A stretch of 64,000 nucleotides of DNA from Candidatus Dormiibacterota bacterium (GCA_035534755.1 DATLRH010000005.1:6128-70127), one strand, 5' to 3'; counted from the stretch's first letter, positions 1 to 9,245 are shown. The notes: generated by a model from the sequence alone, not told the origin. Made by a program: numbers and translations.

Positions 1-782
1 CGGAACCCTGCCATTCCGACGAGGAGGAGCGCTACCGAAGCGGCGATCAGCACCACGACGTCCAGCCACGTGGCGAGGTGAGGAATGCCAACGATCATGG
101 AGGCCCGCAGACCCTCGCTCGCGTAGGTCAGGGGATTGACCAGGGTTAGGTACTGGAACCACGGGAGATGATGCAGGGCCGGCCAGGGGTACTGACTGCA
201 ACCCGTGAACAGCAGCGGTGTGAGCACCAGGGCGAAGACGATGTTGATCCTGCGGACGTCGACCAACGTACCCAGGACCAGCCCCATGGCGGCGCCGGCG
301 AAGGCGGCCAGCACCATGAATCCGATGACCGGTCCGATCTGCATGGTGCGGAACGGCCCCGCCCCGATCACCAGCAGCGAGATGGGGAACATGGCTGCGC
401 CGGCGAGGAGACCCCGCAGCGCCGCGTAGATGACCTTCTCGAGAGCGACCAGCGAGGTCGGCAGCGGAGCGAGCAGGCGATCCTCGATCTCCTTGGTCCA
501 GCCGAACTCGATCACCAGGGGCAGCGCCGTCGACTGGATCCCGGTGATTACGATGGTCAGGGCGATGATCCCGGGAACCAGAATGTCCACGTAAGAGCCT
601 CGCGCGAAGCCCAGACTTACCAGGATCTTGCCGAACACGAAGACGAAGAAGAACGGCTGGAGCACCACCTGGGCCAGGAAGATCGGCAGCTCCTTGCCGG
701 TGACGAAGATGTCCCGCCAGAGAATGGCGGTGAAGGCCCGCGCACTTCCCCCAACCGGCGCTGTCGCCTGACTCAGACTCAA
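1..782 (-). CDS. ABC-2 type transporter permease (5' part in window; C-terminus lies beyond position 1)
   Basis: My own reverse-complement translation from 782 downward gives an uninterrupted hydrophobic polypeptide (…ILWRDIFVTGKELPIFLAQVVLQPFFFVFVFGKIL…LTYASEGLRASMIVGIP…) typical of ABC-2/NodJ-like permeases. The TTG start overlaps the stop of the upstream ATPase gene. It is not in the ORF track because it runs off the window. Confidence 0.75.
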   Translation of the reverse strand, partial: MSLSQATAPVGGSARAFTAILWRDIFVTGKELPIFLAQVVLQPFFFVFVFGKILVSLGFARGSYVDILVPGIIALTIVITGIQSTALPLVIEFGWTKEIEDRLLAPLPTSLVALEKVIYAALRGLLAGAAMFPISLLVIGAGPFRTMQIGPVIGFMVLAAFAGAAMGLVLGTLVDVRRINIVFALVLTPLLFTGCSQYPWPALHHLPWFQYLTLVNPLTYASEGLRASMIVGIPHLATWLDVVVLIAASVALLLVGMAGF

Positions 783-1861
783 CCGCGCAACCCCCGACCG
801 GTCAGGTGGATGAAGACGTCCTCCAGGCTGGGACGACCGAGATGTACGTCCACGAGTGACGCGCCCTGGCCGATCACGGCTTGCACAACCGGAGCCACCA
901 GCGTGGCCGTATCGCTGGCACAGTACATGCGCAAGCGTAGGGGCTCGTCGGGTGGCGAGCCTGCAGTGTCTTCCCGGTGGTTTTCGGGCCCGGTCGCATG
1001 ATCCGACGAGGCCACCCATTCGACTCGCTCCACCTGAGGAACGGCCTGCAGCGCAGCCAGCATCGCGTCCCGGTCGACGGCATGACCGCTGCCGTTGTGG
1101 GGTTCCAGGGTCAGACCCAGAGTGGACCTGCCCGGTACCAAAGTAGTGAGCGCTTCGGGGATGTCGAGCGCCAGTAGACGGCCGTGATCCATGATCGCGA
1201 CCCGGTCGGCGAGGGTGGTCGCCTCATCCATGTCGTGGGTCGTCAGCACCACGGTCACTCCGCGCTTCTGCAGGCTGGTGATTCGGTCCCAGACGAAAAG
1301 ACGGGCTTGGGGATCGAGACCGGTGGTGGGCTCGTCGAGGAACAGAACTTGGGGGTCGTGCATCAACCCTCGGGCTAACATCAGTCGCTGCGCCTGGCCA
1401 CCGGAGAAACGGTCCACCTTGTCGTCCGCCCGATCTGCCAAGCCGAATTCCGCCAGCAGGGAGTTGGCCCTGGTCACGCGCTCCGCCGCCGGCATCCCGA
1501 AGTAGGCTGCATGAAAGAGGAGGTTGCGCCGCGCTGTCAGCGAGCGATCGATATTCATCCGCTGAGGCACGACCGCCAAAGCCCGGCGAGCCGCGACCGG
1601 ATCGTCCACGACGTCCACTCCCGCCACCGTCGCCTGGCCGGCCGTGGGCCGCACCCGGGTGGTCAACACCCCGACGGTTGTGGTCTTCCCGGCTCCGTTC
1701 GGCCCGAGCAGGCCAAACACCTCCCCGCGAGCGACCTCGAAGGAGGCTCCGTCTACCGCGTTATCGGGACGTCCCGGGTAGCGCTTGACGAGATCCCGGA
1801 CGGTGACGATCCAGTCTTTATCGGCCGGGGCGACTGGCGCCGCGGCGAGAAGGCTGCTCAT
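779..1861 (-). CDS. ABC transporter ATP-binding protein (ABC-2/DrrA-like)
   Basis: 360 aa. Walker A GPNGAGKTT, ABC signature FSGGQAQRL, Walker B LFLDEPTTGLD, plus a C-terminal extension. A 4-nt overlap with the upstream MarR gene suggests one operon. Confidence 0.9.
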   Translation of the reverse strand: MSSLLAAAPVAPADKDWIVTVRDLVKRYPGRPDNAVDGASFEVARGEVFGLLGPNGAGKTTTVGVLTTRVRPTAGQATVAGVDVVDDPVAARRALAVVPQRMNIDRSLTARRNLLFHAAYFGMPAAERVTRANSLLAEFGLADRADDKVDRFSGGQAQRLMLARGLMHDPQVLFLDEPTTGLDPQARLFVWDRITSLQKRGVTVVLTTHDMDEATTLADRVAIMDHGRLLALDIPEALTTLVPGRSTLGLTLEPHNGSGHAVDRDAMLAALQAVPQVERVEWVASSDHATGPENHREDTAGSPPDEPLRLRMYCASDTATLVAPVVQAVIGQGASLVDVHLGRPSLEDVFIHLTGRGLRG

Positions 1862-2373
1862 CCACCTGCGCCCGGGGTCCCGTCTCGTCCCCGGCGCGTC
1901 GTTACCTCGCGCGAAGAGGAATCGGTGGCCGGCGGTCTGGGAGTCTCCAGGATTGCGATCACCGCAAGGAGATCGGCGCGAAACTGTCGGGAGTCGGGCA
2001 GACGTTCGACGAGCAGGCCTTCGCTCTCCGAGATGCGCCGGGCCACGTCGGCGACCAGCCGGTGGCCTGCCTCGGTGCGCCGAACCAGCAGCAGGCGCCG
2101 ATCCAGGTGTCCGCGCTCGCGGGTGACCAGCCCAGCGCGTTCCAGGCGGTCGACAGTTCTACCCAGACTCTGGGGGCCGACCCGCCGTTGAGCAGCCAGG
2201 TCCGCCTGGCACGCTTGGCGGCTCCCCAGCTCGACGAGGATGCCATAGCCAGCCGGGGTGATTCCCCGGCCCGACAGATAGGCCGCCCAGCCCTGCTCGG
2301 CCTTGCGCCCGGCGAGTGGAATTAGAGCCCACGTGGGCCACGCTCGGAGGGGGTCGGTCTGACTCCGATTCAT
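1858..2373 (-). CDS. MarR family transcriptional regulator
   Basis: 171 aa. Winged-helix segment …LERAGLVTRERGHLDRRLLLVRRTEAG… typical of MarR. It is the first gene of the MarR–ABC ATPase–permease operon. Confidence 0.85.
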   Translation of the reverse strand: MNRSQTDPLRAWPTWALIPLAGRKAEQGWAAYLSGRGITPAGYGILVELGSRQACQADLAAQRRVGPQSLGRTVDRLERAGLVTRERGHLDRRLLLVRRTEAGHRLVADVARRISESEGLLVERLPDSRQFRADLLAVIAILETPRPPATDSSSREVTTRRGRDGTPGAGG

Positions 2374-2383
2374 AAGCTGGATG

Positions 2384-2395
2384 ATTATAAGTCAA
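2384..2395 (-). promoter_or_regulatory. Candidate promoter for the MarR–ABC operon: perfect TATAAT -10 (2384–2389) directly abutted by TTGACT, ~10 nt upstream of the MarR ATG (leaderless-type arrangement)
   Basis: A short AT-rich island (tgattataagtcaacgtactatcgatga) in a ~70% GC background lies immediately 5' of the MarR start codon. The minus-strand reading is TTGACT-TATAAT-catccagctt-ATG. Confidence 0.45.
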
Positions 2396-2627
2396 CGTAC
2401 TATCGATGATGGTGTCGGCGACGAGAGTTCGGGCCTGGTGGCCCCTCCTAACACCGGCTCCGAAACGAAAGCCAGCCCCCCGTCTGTCATCGACCGCGCG
2501 GCCAAAAGCGGGGCTTGGAAGGGGCCCGGGCAACGGGTCGAGCGGAGCCGAGCCGCAGGAATCGCATCTTCGCCTGAGCTCCTCGATCTCGGGGCCGGGT
2601 CCGCGAAGCCCGACCCCTCGCCGGCAT

Positions 2628-3194
2628 TCACTTGCCGGTGATCACGGCTTTCAGCTCGTCGACCGACTCCCGGATGGTTTGCGGCAAGTCTGCCTTTCCG
2701 GCATCTCTGGTCCAGCGTTCGAACGCGATCTTGAAGGCAGCGATCCCGGCCTCGGCAGCCAGGGTCGCACTTGGCTCGGTGACGCCGCGCTGGCGCAGCG
2801 TGCCGGCCATCGCCGAGGCGAGTGCGGCAAGCTTCACCAGCTCGCGCTCCTGCAACTCCACGTTCGCAGCGATGACGGCCTGGCGCTGCCCGGCGAAGTC
2901 ACGGCGCTCTTGGAGCAGGGCGCCGGCCGCCTCAAGGGCCGTGGCTACCGCGGCGATCGGCGCGGCGGACTCTGGGGTGTTGGCCAGAGTGCTGACCAGG
3001 AAGTCCTGCAGTTCGCCAGCGCCCGAGAACAGCACCTCGCGCTTGTCGGTGAAGTGGCGGAAGAAAGTCCGCTCGGTCAGTCCCGCCCGGGCCGCGATCT
3101 CCGCTACCGTGGTCTGGTCGAAACCGCGCTCGACATAGAGCTCGAGCGCTGCCCGCTCGAGTCGGCCGCGCGCGTCCGGCTCCCAGCGACTCAT
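2628..3194 (-). CDS. TetR/AcrR family transcriptional regulator
   Basis: 188 aa. N-terminal HTH GFDQTTVAEIAARAGLTERTFFRHF is the TetR signature. It is divergent from the epimerase gene. Confidence 0.9.
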   Translation of the reverse strand: MSRWEPDARGRLERAALELYVERGFDQTTVAEIAARAGLTERTFFRHFTDKREVLFSGAGELQDFLVSTLANTPESAAPIAAVATALEAAGALLQERRDFAGQRQAVIAANVELQERELVKLAALASAMAGTLRQRGVTEPSATLAAEAGIAAFKIAFERWTRDAGKADLPQTIRESVDELKAVITGK

Positions 3195-3232
3195 GCCCCA
3201 ACCCTACTCGACGACAGCGGCTGACATCGTGT

Positions 3233-3252
3233 GTTACAGTGATGACAGTAAC
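3233..3252. promoter_or_regulatory. Inverted repeat GTTAC-N10-GTAAC (gttacagtgatgacagtaac) in the TetR/epimerase divergent intergenic region; candidate TetR operator
   Basis: Seen directly in sequence between the divergent starts at 3194 and 3316. Arms GTTAC/GTAAC are reverse complements. An internal ACAGT direct repeat is also present. Confidence 0.4.
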
Positions 3253-3315
3253 TGACGTCGACCTGCTCCAGCGCAAACCCTGTGCCCAGGAGAGTCGATC
3301 ACCGGGAGGTTTCGC

Positions 3316-4242
3316 ATGCGGGTATTCGTCACCGGCGCGTCGGGATGGATCGGCTCCGCCGTCGTACCCGAGCTCATCGGCGCGGGCCATCAGGTCATCG
3401 GGCTAGCCAGGTCGGATGCCTCGGCGGCTGCTCTCACGGCGGCCGGTGCCGAGGTGCATCGCGGCACTCTCGATGACCTCGACAGCCTTCGGGAAGCAGC
3501 TGCCGCATCCGATGGAGTGATCCACCTCGCCTTCAAGCATGACCTCGCCTTTTCGGGGGACTTTCAGGGCGCTGCCGATGCGGATCGTCGTGCCGTCGAG
3601 ACCTTCGGCGATGCGCTGGCGGGTTCTGACCGCCCGTTCCTAATCGCCTCCGGGACGCTCGGGATCGCCCCGGGCCGGGTGGCCACCGAGCGGGACGGGC
3701 ATTGCTCCGACCCGGCCACGGCCGCTCTGGGCGTCGGTCCGCGGACTCGGATGGCCACGGCCGAGTTGGTGCTCTCCCTCGCTGCCCGCCAGGTCCGCTC
3801 GTCCACCGTTCGCCTCCCTCCGACCAATCACGGGGACGGAGACAATGGCTTCATGGCAGCCCTGGTCGGCATCGCCCGCGACAAGGGCGTCTCCGGCTAC
3901 ATCGGCGCCGGCTCCAACCGCTGGCCTGCCGTGCACCGACTCGATTCGGCACGCCTCTTCCGCTTGGCGCTGGAGAAGGCCCCTACGGGTTCCACGCTGC
4001 ACGCGGTAGCGGACGAGGGGGTGCCGATCCGTGACATCGCAGAGGTGATTGGGCGCCACCTCAACCTGCCGGTGGTCTCCATCACCACCGATGACGCCGC
4101 CGAACACTTCACCTGGCTGGCCGATTTCCTCGCCGCCGACAGCCCAGCCTCCAGTGCCCAGACCCGCGAGCTGCTGGGATGGCAGCCGGCCCAGCCGGGG
4201 CTCATCGCCGATCTCGAACAGGGCCACTACTTCCACAACTGA
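3316..4242 (+). CDS. NAD(P)-dependent epimerase/dehydratase family protein (NmrA/SDR-like)
   Basis: 308 aa. N-terminal Rossmann motif MRVFVTGASGWIGSAVVPEL. It is the divergent partner of the TetR gene, a classic regulator–target pair. Confidence 0.85.
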   Translation: MRVFVTGASGWIGSAVVPELIGAGHQVIGLARSDASAAALTAAGAEVHRGTLDDLDSLREAAAASDGVIHLAFKHDLAFSGDFQGAADADRRAVETFGDALAGSDRPFLIASGTLGIAPGRVATERDGHCSDPATAALGVGPRTRMATAELVLSLAARQVRSSTVRLPPTNHGDGDNGFMAALVGIARDKGVSGYIGAGSNRWPAVHRLDSARLFRLALEKAPTGSTLHAVADEGVPIRDIAEVIGRHLNLPVVSITTDDAAEHFTWLADFLAADSPASSAQTRELLGWQPAQPGLIADLEQGHYFHN

Positions 4243-4770
4243 GCAGGGCTTCCACGGAGGCTGCGCAGGTAATCGAGCATCTCGACTCCGCTGCCATCGG
4301 CGAGCTGCCAGTGGGTGGGGTCGCCTTGCCACCCTTGGTTGAGCAGCTCGGACTGGAGGCGGTCGGAGGGGGCACTGGGCCTCCTCTGTGGTGGGGGCGG
4401 AAAAGCCCATCGCGGGAGAGGACGGGCCAGATGTTGCTACCGATTTAAGGGCCCGCAGCTCGGAGCCGATGCGACGAGGCCGGGGCCTCCAGACCCACCG
4501 GGTCGAGGATCCTGCCGTGGCGGTGGGTTGTGCCGACCAGACCGCGTTACGGCAATTCAGCCAAGCCCTTAGCCGGGACCTGGCGGGCCGAGCCGATCCT
4601 GTCGGCGATCGCTTCTTGGGACACCTCCGCCCCCAGCGGGCCGGTGCTCAATTGGCTCCGGCTGTGCCGCTGCCATTCGGCCGGCCGGGTGCCACGCCGA
4701 CTCGGTCTCGGCGCCGCCCGGCTCAGCCGGACCGACCACCAGCCGGCGGCCTGATAGCCTCCATTGGATC

Positions 4771-6192
4771 ATGAGAGCCAGCCAACCCAAAGAGGGCCGT
4801 TTCGACTTGGTGGTGATTGGCTCCGGCCCCGCCGGGGAGAAGGGAGCCGCCCAGGCCGCCTACCACGGCCACAGTGTCGCGGTGGTCGAGCGCCGAAACC
4901 CGCCCGGAGCAGGAGCGATCGCAGTCGTCGGCGGGGTGCCCGTCAAGGCCCTTCGAGATACTGCCGTTTACCTGAGCGGTTGGTCCCGGCGCGACATATA
5001 TGGGGTGGGCATCAGCCTCGCTCCCGACCTGGTGATGGATCGACTCAGGGCCCGCACCTCCGATGTCGTAAACACCATGGCAACAGCAGTGCGGGAGAAC
5101 CTCAAGCGCCACGGCGTCGAGCAGGTGCACGGAGATGCAAGGCTGGGTGAGGACCAGACGGTGATCGTTCGCGATTCGGAGGGCGGCGAGCGGCAGCTGC
5201 AGGCCCGGGTGATCTTGCTGGCGACTGGCTCACATCCGCATCACCCGCTCGACGTCCCCTTCGACGATCCCGACGTTCACGATTCCGAGACCGTGCTGGC
5301 GATCAAGCGGCTCCCGGAACGGATGATGGTCGTCGGCGGCGGGCCGGTCGGATCAGAGTACGCCTCGATCTTCGGAGCCCTCGGAGTCAAGGTCACCCTG
5401 GTCGATCGGGGGAGCCGGCTGCTGCCGCTTCTCGACGGCGAGATGTCGGAGGCACTGGCGCAGAGCCTGATCCGGTCGGGAGTTCGGATCATGCTGGGAG
5501 CGCAGGTGGAGTCGGTGACGCGCGACGCCGACGGTTTGGTCGTGGTCGTCGACGGCGAGGTCCTCCGCCCCCAGGTAGTCCTGCACGCGGTCGGTCGCGC
5601 CGGAAACGTGGAGGGGCTAGAACTGGCCCAGGCAGGCGTGGAATCGGACAGCCGCGGCCGCATCCGCGTTGATCGTAACTATCAGACTGCGGTCCCGGGC
5701 ATTTACGCCGCCGGCGACATCATCGGGCCGCCTGGACTCGCCTCCGTGGCCATGGAACAGGCTCGGGTGGCCATGTGCCACGCGTTCGACATCAGGTTCA
5801 AGGATGCGGTCGATCCGGTCGTGCCGACCGGAATCTACACACTCCCCGAGGCCGCGATGGTCGGACTGACCGAGGAGGCGGCCCGCACCGCCGGGGAGGA
5901 CGTGGAGACTGGCCGTGCCCTCTTTGCCGCCAACGCCCGGGCGCGGATCGCGGGATCCACCGAGGGATTGGTGAAGCTGGTGTTCCGGGCCTCGGACCGG
6001 CGGCTGGTGGGGGCGCACATCCTGGGTGAGGAGGCGACTGAACTCATTCACATCGCTCAGGCCCTTCTGCACGAGGGAGCGACCATCGACGAGTTCATCG
6101 ACACGACCTTCAATTTCCCGACCCGTGCGGACGCCTACAAGTACGCCGCCTACGACGGGCTCCAGCGCCTCGACGAGCGCGCCCCGCGATAG
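4771..6192 (+). CDS. sthA: Soluble pyridine nucleotide transhydrogenase-like flavoprotein (SthA/UdhA family of pyridine nucleotide-disulfide oxidoreductases); lacks redox Cys pair
   Basis: 473 aa. FAD motif FDLVVIGSGPAGE. Overall colinear with E. coli SthA, including the C-terminal TTFNFPTRADAYKYAAYDGLQRL (E. coli [23 protein letters not shown]). The active-site segment is GAGAIAVVGGVPVKALRD, with no Cys. Confidence 0.8.
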   Translation: MRASQPKEGRFDLVVIGSGPAGEKGAAQAAYHGHSVAVVERRNPPGAGAIAVVGGVPVKALRDTAVYLSGWSRRDIYGVGISLAPDLVMDRLRARTSDVVNTMATAVRENLKRHGVEQVHGDARLGEDQTVIVRDSEGGERQLQARVILLATGSHPHHPLDVPFDDPDVHDSETVLAIKRLPERMMVVGGGPVGSEYASIFGALGVKVTLVDRGSRLLPLLDGEMSEALAQSLIRSGVRIMLGAQVESVTRDADGLVVVVDGEVLRPQVVLHAVGRAGNVEGLELAQAGVESDSRGRIRVDRNYQTAVPGIYAAGDIIGPPGLASVAMEQARVAMCHAFDIRFKDAVDPVVPTGIYTLPEAAMVGLTEEAARTAGEDVETGRALFAANARARIAGSTEGLVKLVFRASDRRLVGAHILGEEATELIHIAQALLHEGATIDEFIDTTFNFPTRADAYKYAAYDGLQRLDERAPR

Positions 6193-6491
6193 GCGGTCGC
6201 CTCCACACCGGCGGGGTGGCGCTGCCGATGGGGCATCCCTCCAGCCCTGCTGAGCCCGGCAAGCAGTGCCATCGCAAGTCAGCTGGACCGCCCTCAGCAC
6301 CGACTTCGCCGTCCTGCCCCGGGGCGGCTAGCGCCCTGGTCAACACCACCCAGCAGGTTCACTGCGAGCCCCAGGCGCTTGCCAGCTCCAAAGCAGTGGA
6401 CACGGCCCCGATCTCGGGAACGCTCGCCTGACCCCTGGGACTGTCCGGATGCCAGCCCCCGGGCCGGAATGGGATGCGATCAGGGGCGCAG

Positions 6492-6977
6492 TCAGCCGGG
6501 AGGGAGGCTCGGGAGCAGGTCGTCCAGACGCAGGTAGTGGTCGGTCAGTCCCGACTCCATCATTCCGTCCTGCGACTGGGCGTCGCGGGCTGCGATCGAG
6601 CCGTGCACCGAGGTGGCGCGGACGAGCGTTCCACCCTCTACCGCTGCGAAGGTGACCGTCTCGATGGACTCGTTCTCCGGACGGGGGTCGAGGGTGACGG
6701 TGGTCACGAGGCGGTGTGGAGCTTCGATCTCACGGTACTCCCCCGCGCAGGTGTACTCCTGGCCATCCGGGGATCGGAGGACGAATCGATAGCGGCCTCC
6801 GACCCGGAGATCGACCTCGCAGACCACGAGCTCGAACATCCGGGGACCCCACCAGCGTCGCAGATGCTCGGGCCGGGTCCACGCGGCGAAGACCAGTTCG
6901 GGCTCGGCCTTGAATAATCGTCGGTAGCTGATCGACGGTTGGTCGGCCGGAGTGGTGAACCCGAGCGATTGGTCCAT
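6492..6977 (-). CDS. SRPBCC family protein (Activator of Hsp90 ATPase homolog 1-like / AHSA1 domain)
   Basis: The real start is probably the internal Met (MDQSLGFTTPADQPSISYRRLFKAEPELVFAAWTRPEHLRRWWGP…, 162 aa). The 285-aa track ORF is an N-terminal over-extension overlapping ArsR in another frame. The start overlaps the ArsR stop as TGATG. Confidence 0.8.
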   Translation of the reverse strand: MDQSLGFTTPADQPSISYRRLFKAEPELVFAAWTRPEHLRRWWGPRMFELVVCEVDLRVGGRYRFVLRSPDGQEYTCAGEYREIEAPHRLVTTVTLDPRPENESIETVTFAAVEGGTLVRATSVHGSIAARDAQSQDGMMESGLTDHYLRLDDLLPSLPPG

Positions 6978-7360
6978 CAGGACGCGCCTCCCTTTCCTTG
7001 CAGGCTTTCCAAGTAGTCGTCCAAACGGGCGAACCTGGCCACCAGCGACTCCCGGTAGCTCCCCAGCCAGTCCGCCACTACGCTCATTCGCTCCGGCTCG
7101 AGCCGGCACAGGATCTGCCGCGCGCTGCGCTGCCGCGAGATCAAGCCCGCGCCCTCCAGGACCTTGAGATGCTTGGTGATCGCCGGCTGGGTGATCGGGA
7201 ACGGCTGGGCGACCTGGAGCACGCCCGCGGCGCCATCGGCGAGCCGGGTCAGGATCTCCCGCCTGGTGGGATCCGAGAGGGCGCTGAAGGCCCGGTCGAG
7301 TTCGGGGCTGGAGAGCGCCGGCAAACCCATAACCAAACAGTAATACCATCGTCCGCGCAC
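6977..7360 (-). CDS. ArsR/SmtB family transcriptional regulator
   Basis: HTH …LSDPTRREILTRLADGAAGVLQVAQPFPITQPAITKHLKVLEGAGLI… (ArsR signature). The start may be the ATG at 7330 rather than the GTG at 7360. It is translationally coupled to the SRPBCC gene. Confidence 0.85.
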   Translation of the reverse strand: MRGRWYYCLVMGLPALSSPELDRAFSALSDPTRREILTRLADGAAGVLQVAQPFPITQPAITKHLKVLEGAGLISRQRSARQILCRLEPERMSVVADWLGSYRESLVARFARLDDYLESLQGKGGAS

Positions 7361-7418
7361 GTCAAGGACCCGGCCCCGGAGGCGGTTCAGCTAGGCCCGG
7401 CCACTGCCGGGGATGGCG

Positions 7419-9191
7419 TCAGCCTTCGGCGGGGACGGCCGACTCGCCCAGCAGGGTCGGGGCATACGAGGGGTGGGATCGCGCGAGCCGGGTCTTGGCA
7501 CCCTCGAGGAGGCCCCCGCTCGGAGCGCTCGAGGTCAGGGCGTCGATGAAGTCGGGCCCCGGGATCCGGTAGAGGGCGCAGTCCGCCAGCGCCCTGACGG
7601 TCGCCGTCCGAGGCATCTTGGCGAGGAGTCCGATTTCCCCGAAGTAGCTGCCCGGGGCCATGACCCGAAGTCGCCTGGACCGCTGCGCTTCGCCCTTGGC
7701 GGACACCTCCACCTCCCCGCTCAGAAGCACATAGAAGGCGTCCGCGACCTCCCCCTCGCGAATGATCACCTGACCGGCGGTCGCCGTGGTCTCGGTGCAG
7801 GCCGAGGCGAGCCGCTCTAAGGCAGCCCGGGAGCCGGCCGCAAAGATGCCCAGCGGCTCGAGCACCCTGAGGCGAGGCGCGAGTTCGGCCAAACGGCGCA
7901 CCGCGGCCTGGTCCATTCGGTGCAGCCAGGGGTAGGCACAGAGAGCCAGTCCGGGAATGGCCAGGCCGGCCAGCAGGAGGCTTCCCCGCAGCCCGAGCTC
8001 GCTGATGGCGGCCGCGCCCAGCGCCGATCCGAGGGAAATGGCGGCCAGCACCAGGGCGAAGAAGACTCCGAAGACCCGAGCCACCATGTTGGGGGCGACC
8101 GAGCGCTGCAGTGCGGTCACCGCCAGCACGTCGACCACCAGGGTGCCTCCGCCCCGGACGACCTCCAAAAGGAACCCCAGCAAGGGATCGTGAACCAGCA
8201 GCAGGAGGGCGGTCGGAACGCAATAGACCACCATGCCCAGGGTGATGATGATTCCGAGCCGGGGTTTCGAAGCGAGCTGGTTCACCCCCAGGGCGGCCAG
8301 AACGCCACCGACTCCGAGCGCCGCCATCAGGTATCCGAAGCCGGTGGCACCGGTCCCCAGCTGGAGTTTGCTGACGTAGACGAAGAGCACCGTGTCGGTC
8401 CCGTACACGAAGCTCGCCAGGACGCTGAAGCTGACCAGCACCAGCACCAGCGATGACTCCCGGATCGCCTGGAAGCCGGCGACGACCTGGCGGAGGACTC
8501 CGGCGCTGCCGCCAGCGCTGACATCGCTGGGCTGGGAGCGCGCCCGGAGCCGGCTAACCAGCGCTCCGGCGATCAGAAAGCTGACCGCGTTGAGCGCGAA
8601 GACCGCTGCCGGAGAGCCGGCAAGGAGCAGCAGAGCTCCGACCGCGGGCCCGACGATGATCACCAGGTTGTCGATGGTGCTGTTGACGGCGTTGGCAGCG
8701 GCGAGGTCGTCCTCACCGGCCAGCTGGGGGATCATCGCCGCCACCGACGGCAGGTAAGGCTGGGCGCAGATCGCCGCCAGCCCGGCGAGGGCGAGAATGG
8801 CGACGATCGGGGCGTGGACCACAACCGCGATGCAGAGAAGGACCTGCAGCGTCGCCAGCACCAGATCGCAGGTGATCAGAAGCCGGACCCTCTCGAAGCG
8901 CTCGGCGATGATCCCCCCGTAGGGAGAGAGAATCATGGCGGGCAGGAAGCGGACCAAGAACACCGTCGACACCACGATGGCCGAGTGAGTCCGTTCGAAG
9001 GCGTAGACCGCGAGGGCGACGTTGTAAGCCCAGGATCCGGTGGCGGAGATCAGCTCCCCGGTCAGCAGGAGGCGCAGGTCCCGGTGTGCCAGAGCCGCCC
9101 GGTAGGGGCGGAATATCGCAGACAGCCTCAATTTCCTCCCCCGCGGAGACCGACGCGTCGGTCCCCCTTGGCCCTCTTCGAATACCGCCAC
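7419..9191 (-). CDS. MFS transporter fused to a C-terminal cyclic nucleotide-binding (cNMP/CAP-effector) domain
   Basis: 590 aa. About 400 aa of 12-TM MFS core are followed by LEPLGIFAAGSRAALERLA…FYVLLSGEVEVS…GSYFGEIGLL…RTATVRALADCALYRI. This matches the cNMP-binding fold (FGE…RTATV motifs). Confidence 0.85.
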   Translation of the reverse strand: MAVFEEGQGGPTRRSPRGRKLRLSAIFRPYRAALAHRDLRLLLTGELISATGSWAYNVALAVYAFERTHSAIVVSTVFLVRFLPAMILSPYGGIIAERFERVRLLITCDLVLATLQVLLCIAVVVHAPIVAILALAGLAAICAQPYLPSVAAMIPQLAGEDDLAAANAVNSTIDNLVIIVGPAVGALLLLAGSPAAVFALNAVSFLIAGALVSRLRARSQPSDVSAGGSAGVLRQVVAGFQAIRESSLVLVLVSFSVLASFVYGTDTVLFVYVSKLQLGTGATGFGYLMAALGVGGVLAALGVNQLASKPRLGIIITLGMVVYCVPTALLLLVHDPLLGFLLEVVRGGGTLVVDVLAVTALQRSVAPNMVARVFGVFFALVLAAISLGSALGAAAISELGLRGSLLLAGLAIPGLALCAYPWLHRMDQAAVRRLAELAPRLRVLEPLGIFAAGSRAALERLASACTETTATAGQVIIREGEVADAFYVLLSGEVEVSAKGEAQRSRRLRVMAPGSYFGEIGLLAKMPRTATVRALADCALYRIPGPDFIDALTSSAPSGGLLEGAKTRLARSHPSYAPTLLGESAVPAEG

Positions 9192-9245
9192 CCGCCACTC
9201 CGAGAGAAACTCCCGGTTTCGCAGTTGCGCTGGCTGGCGATGGTA

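Noticed and set aside
168-1001. 277-aa plus-strand ORF (and the 205–429, 856–1146 and 977–1177 ORFs)
   Set aside because: Antisense or alternative-frame shadow of the minus-strand ABC-2 permease and ABC ATPase genes. It is low-complexity (Q/R/D/E/G-rich) and has no motif. High GC gives long open frames on the non-coding strand.
7387-8223. 278-aa minus-strand ORF overlapping the MFS–cNMP gene
   Set aside because: Different frame of the same strand as the well-supported MFS gene. Arg/Gly/Pro-rich with no domain.
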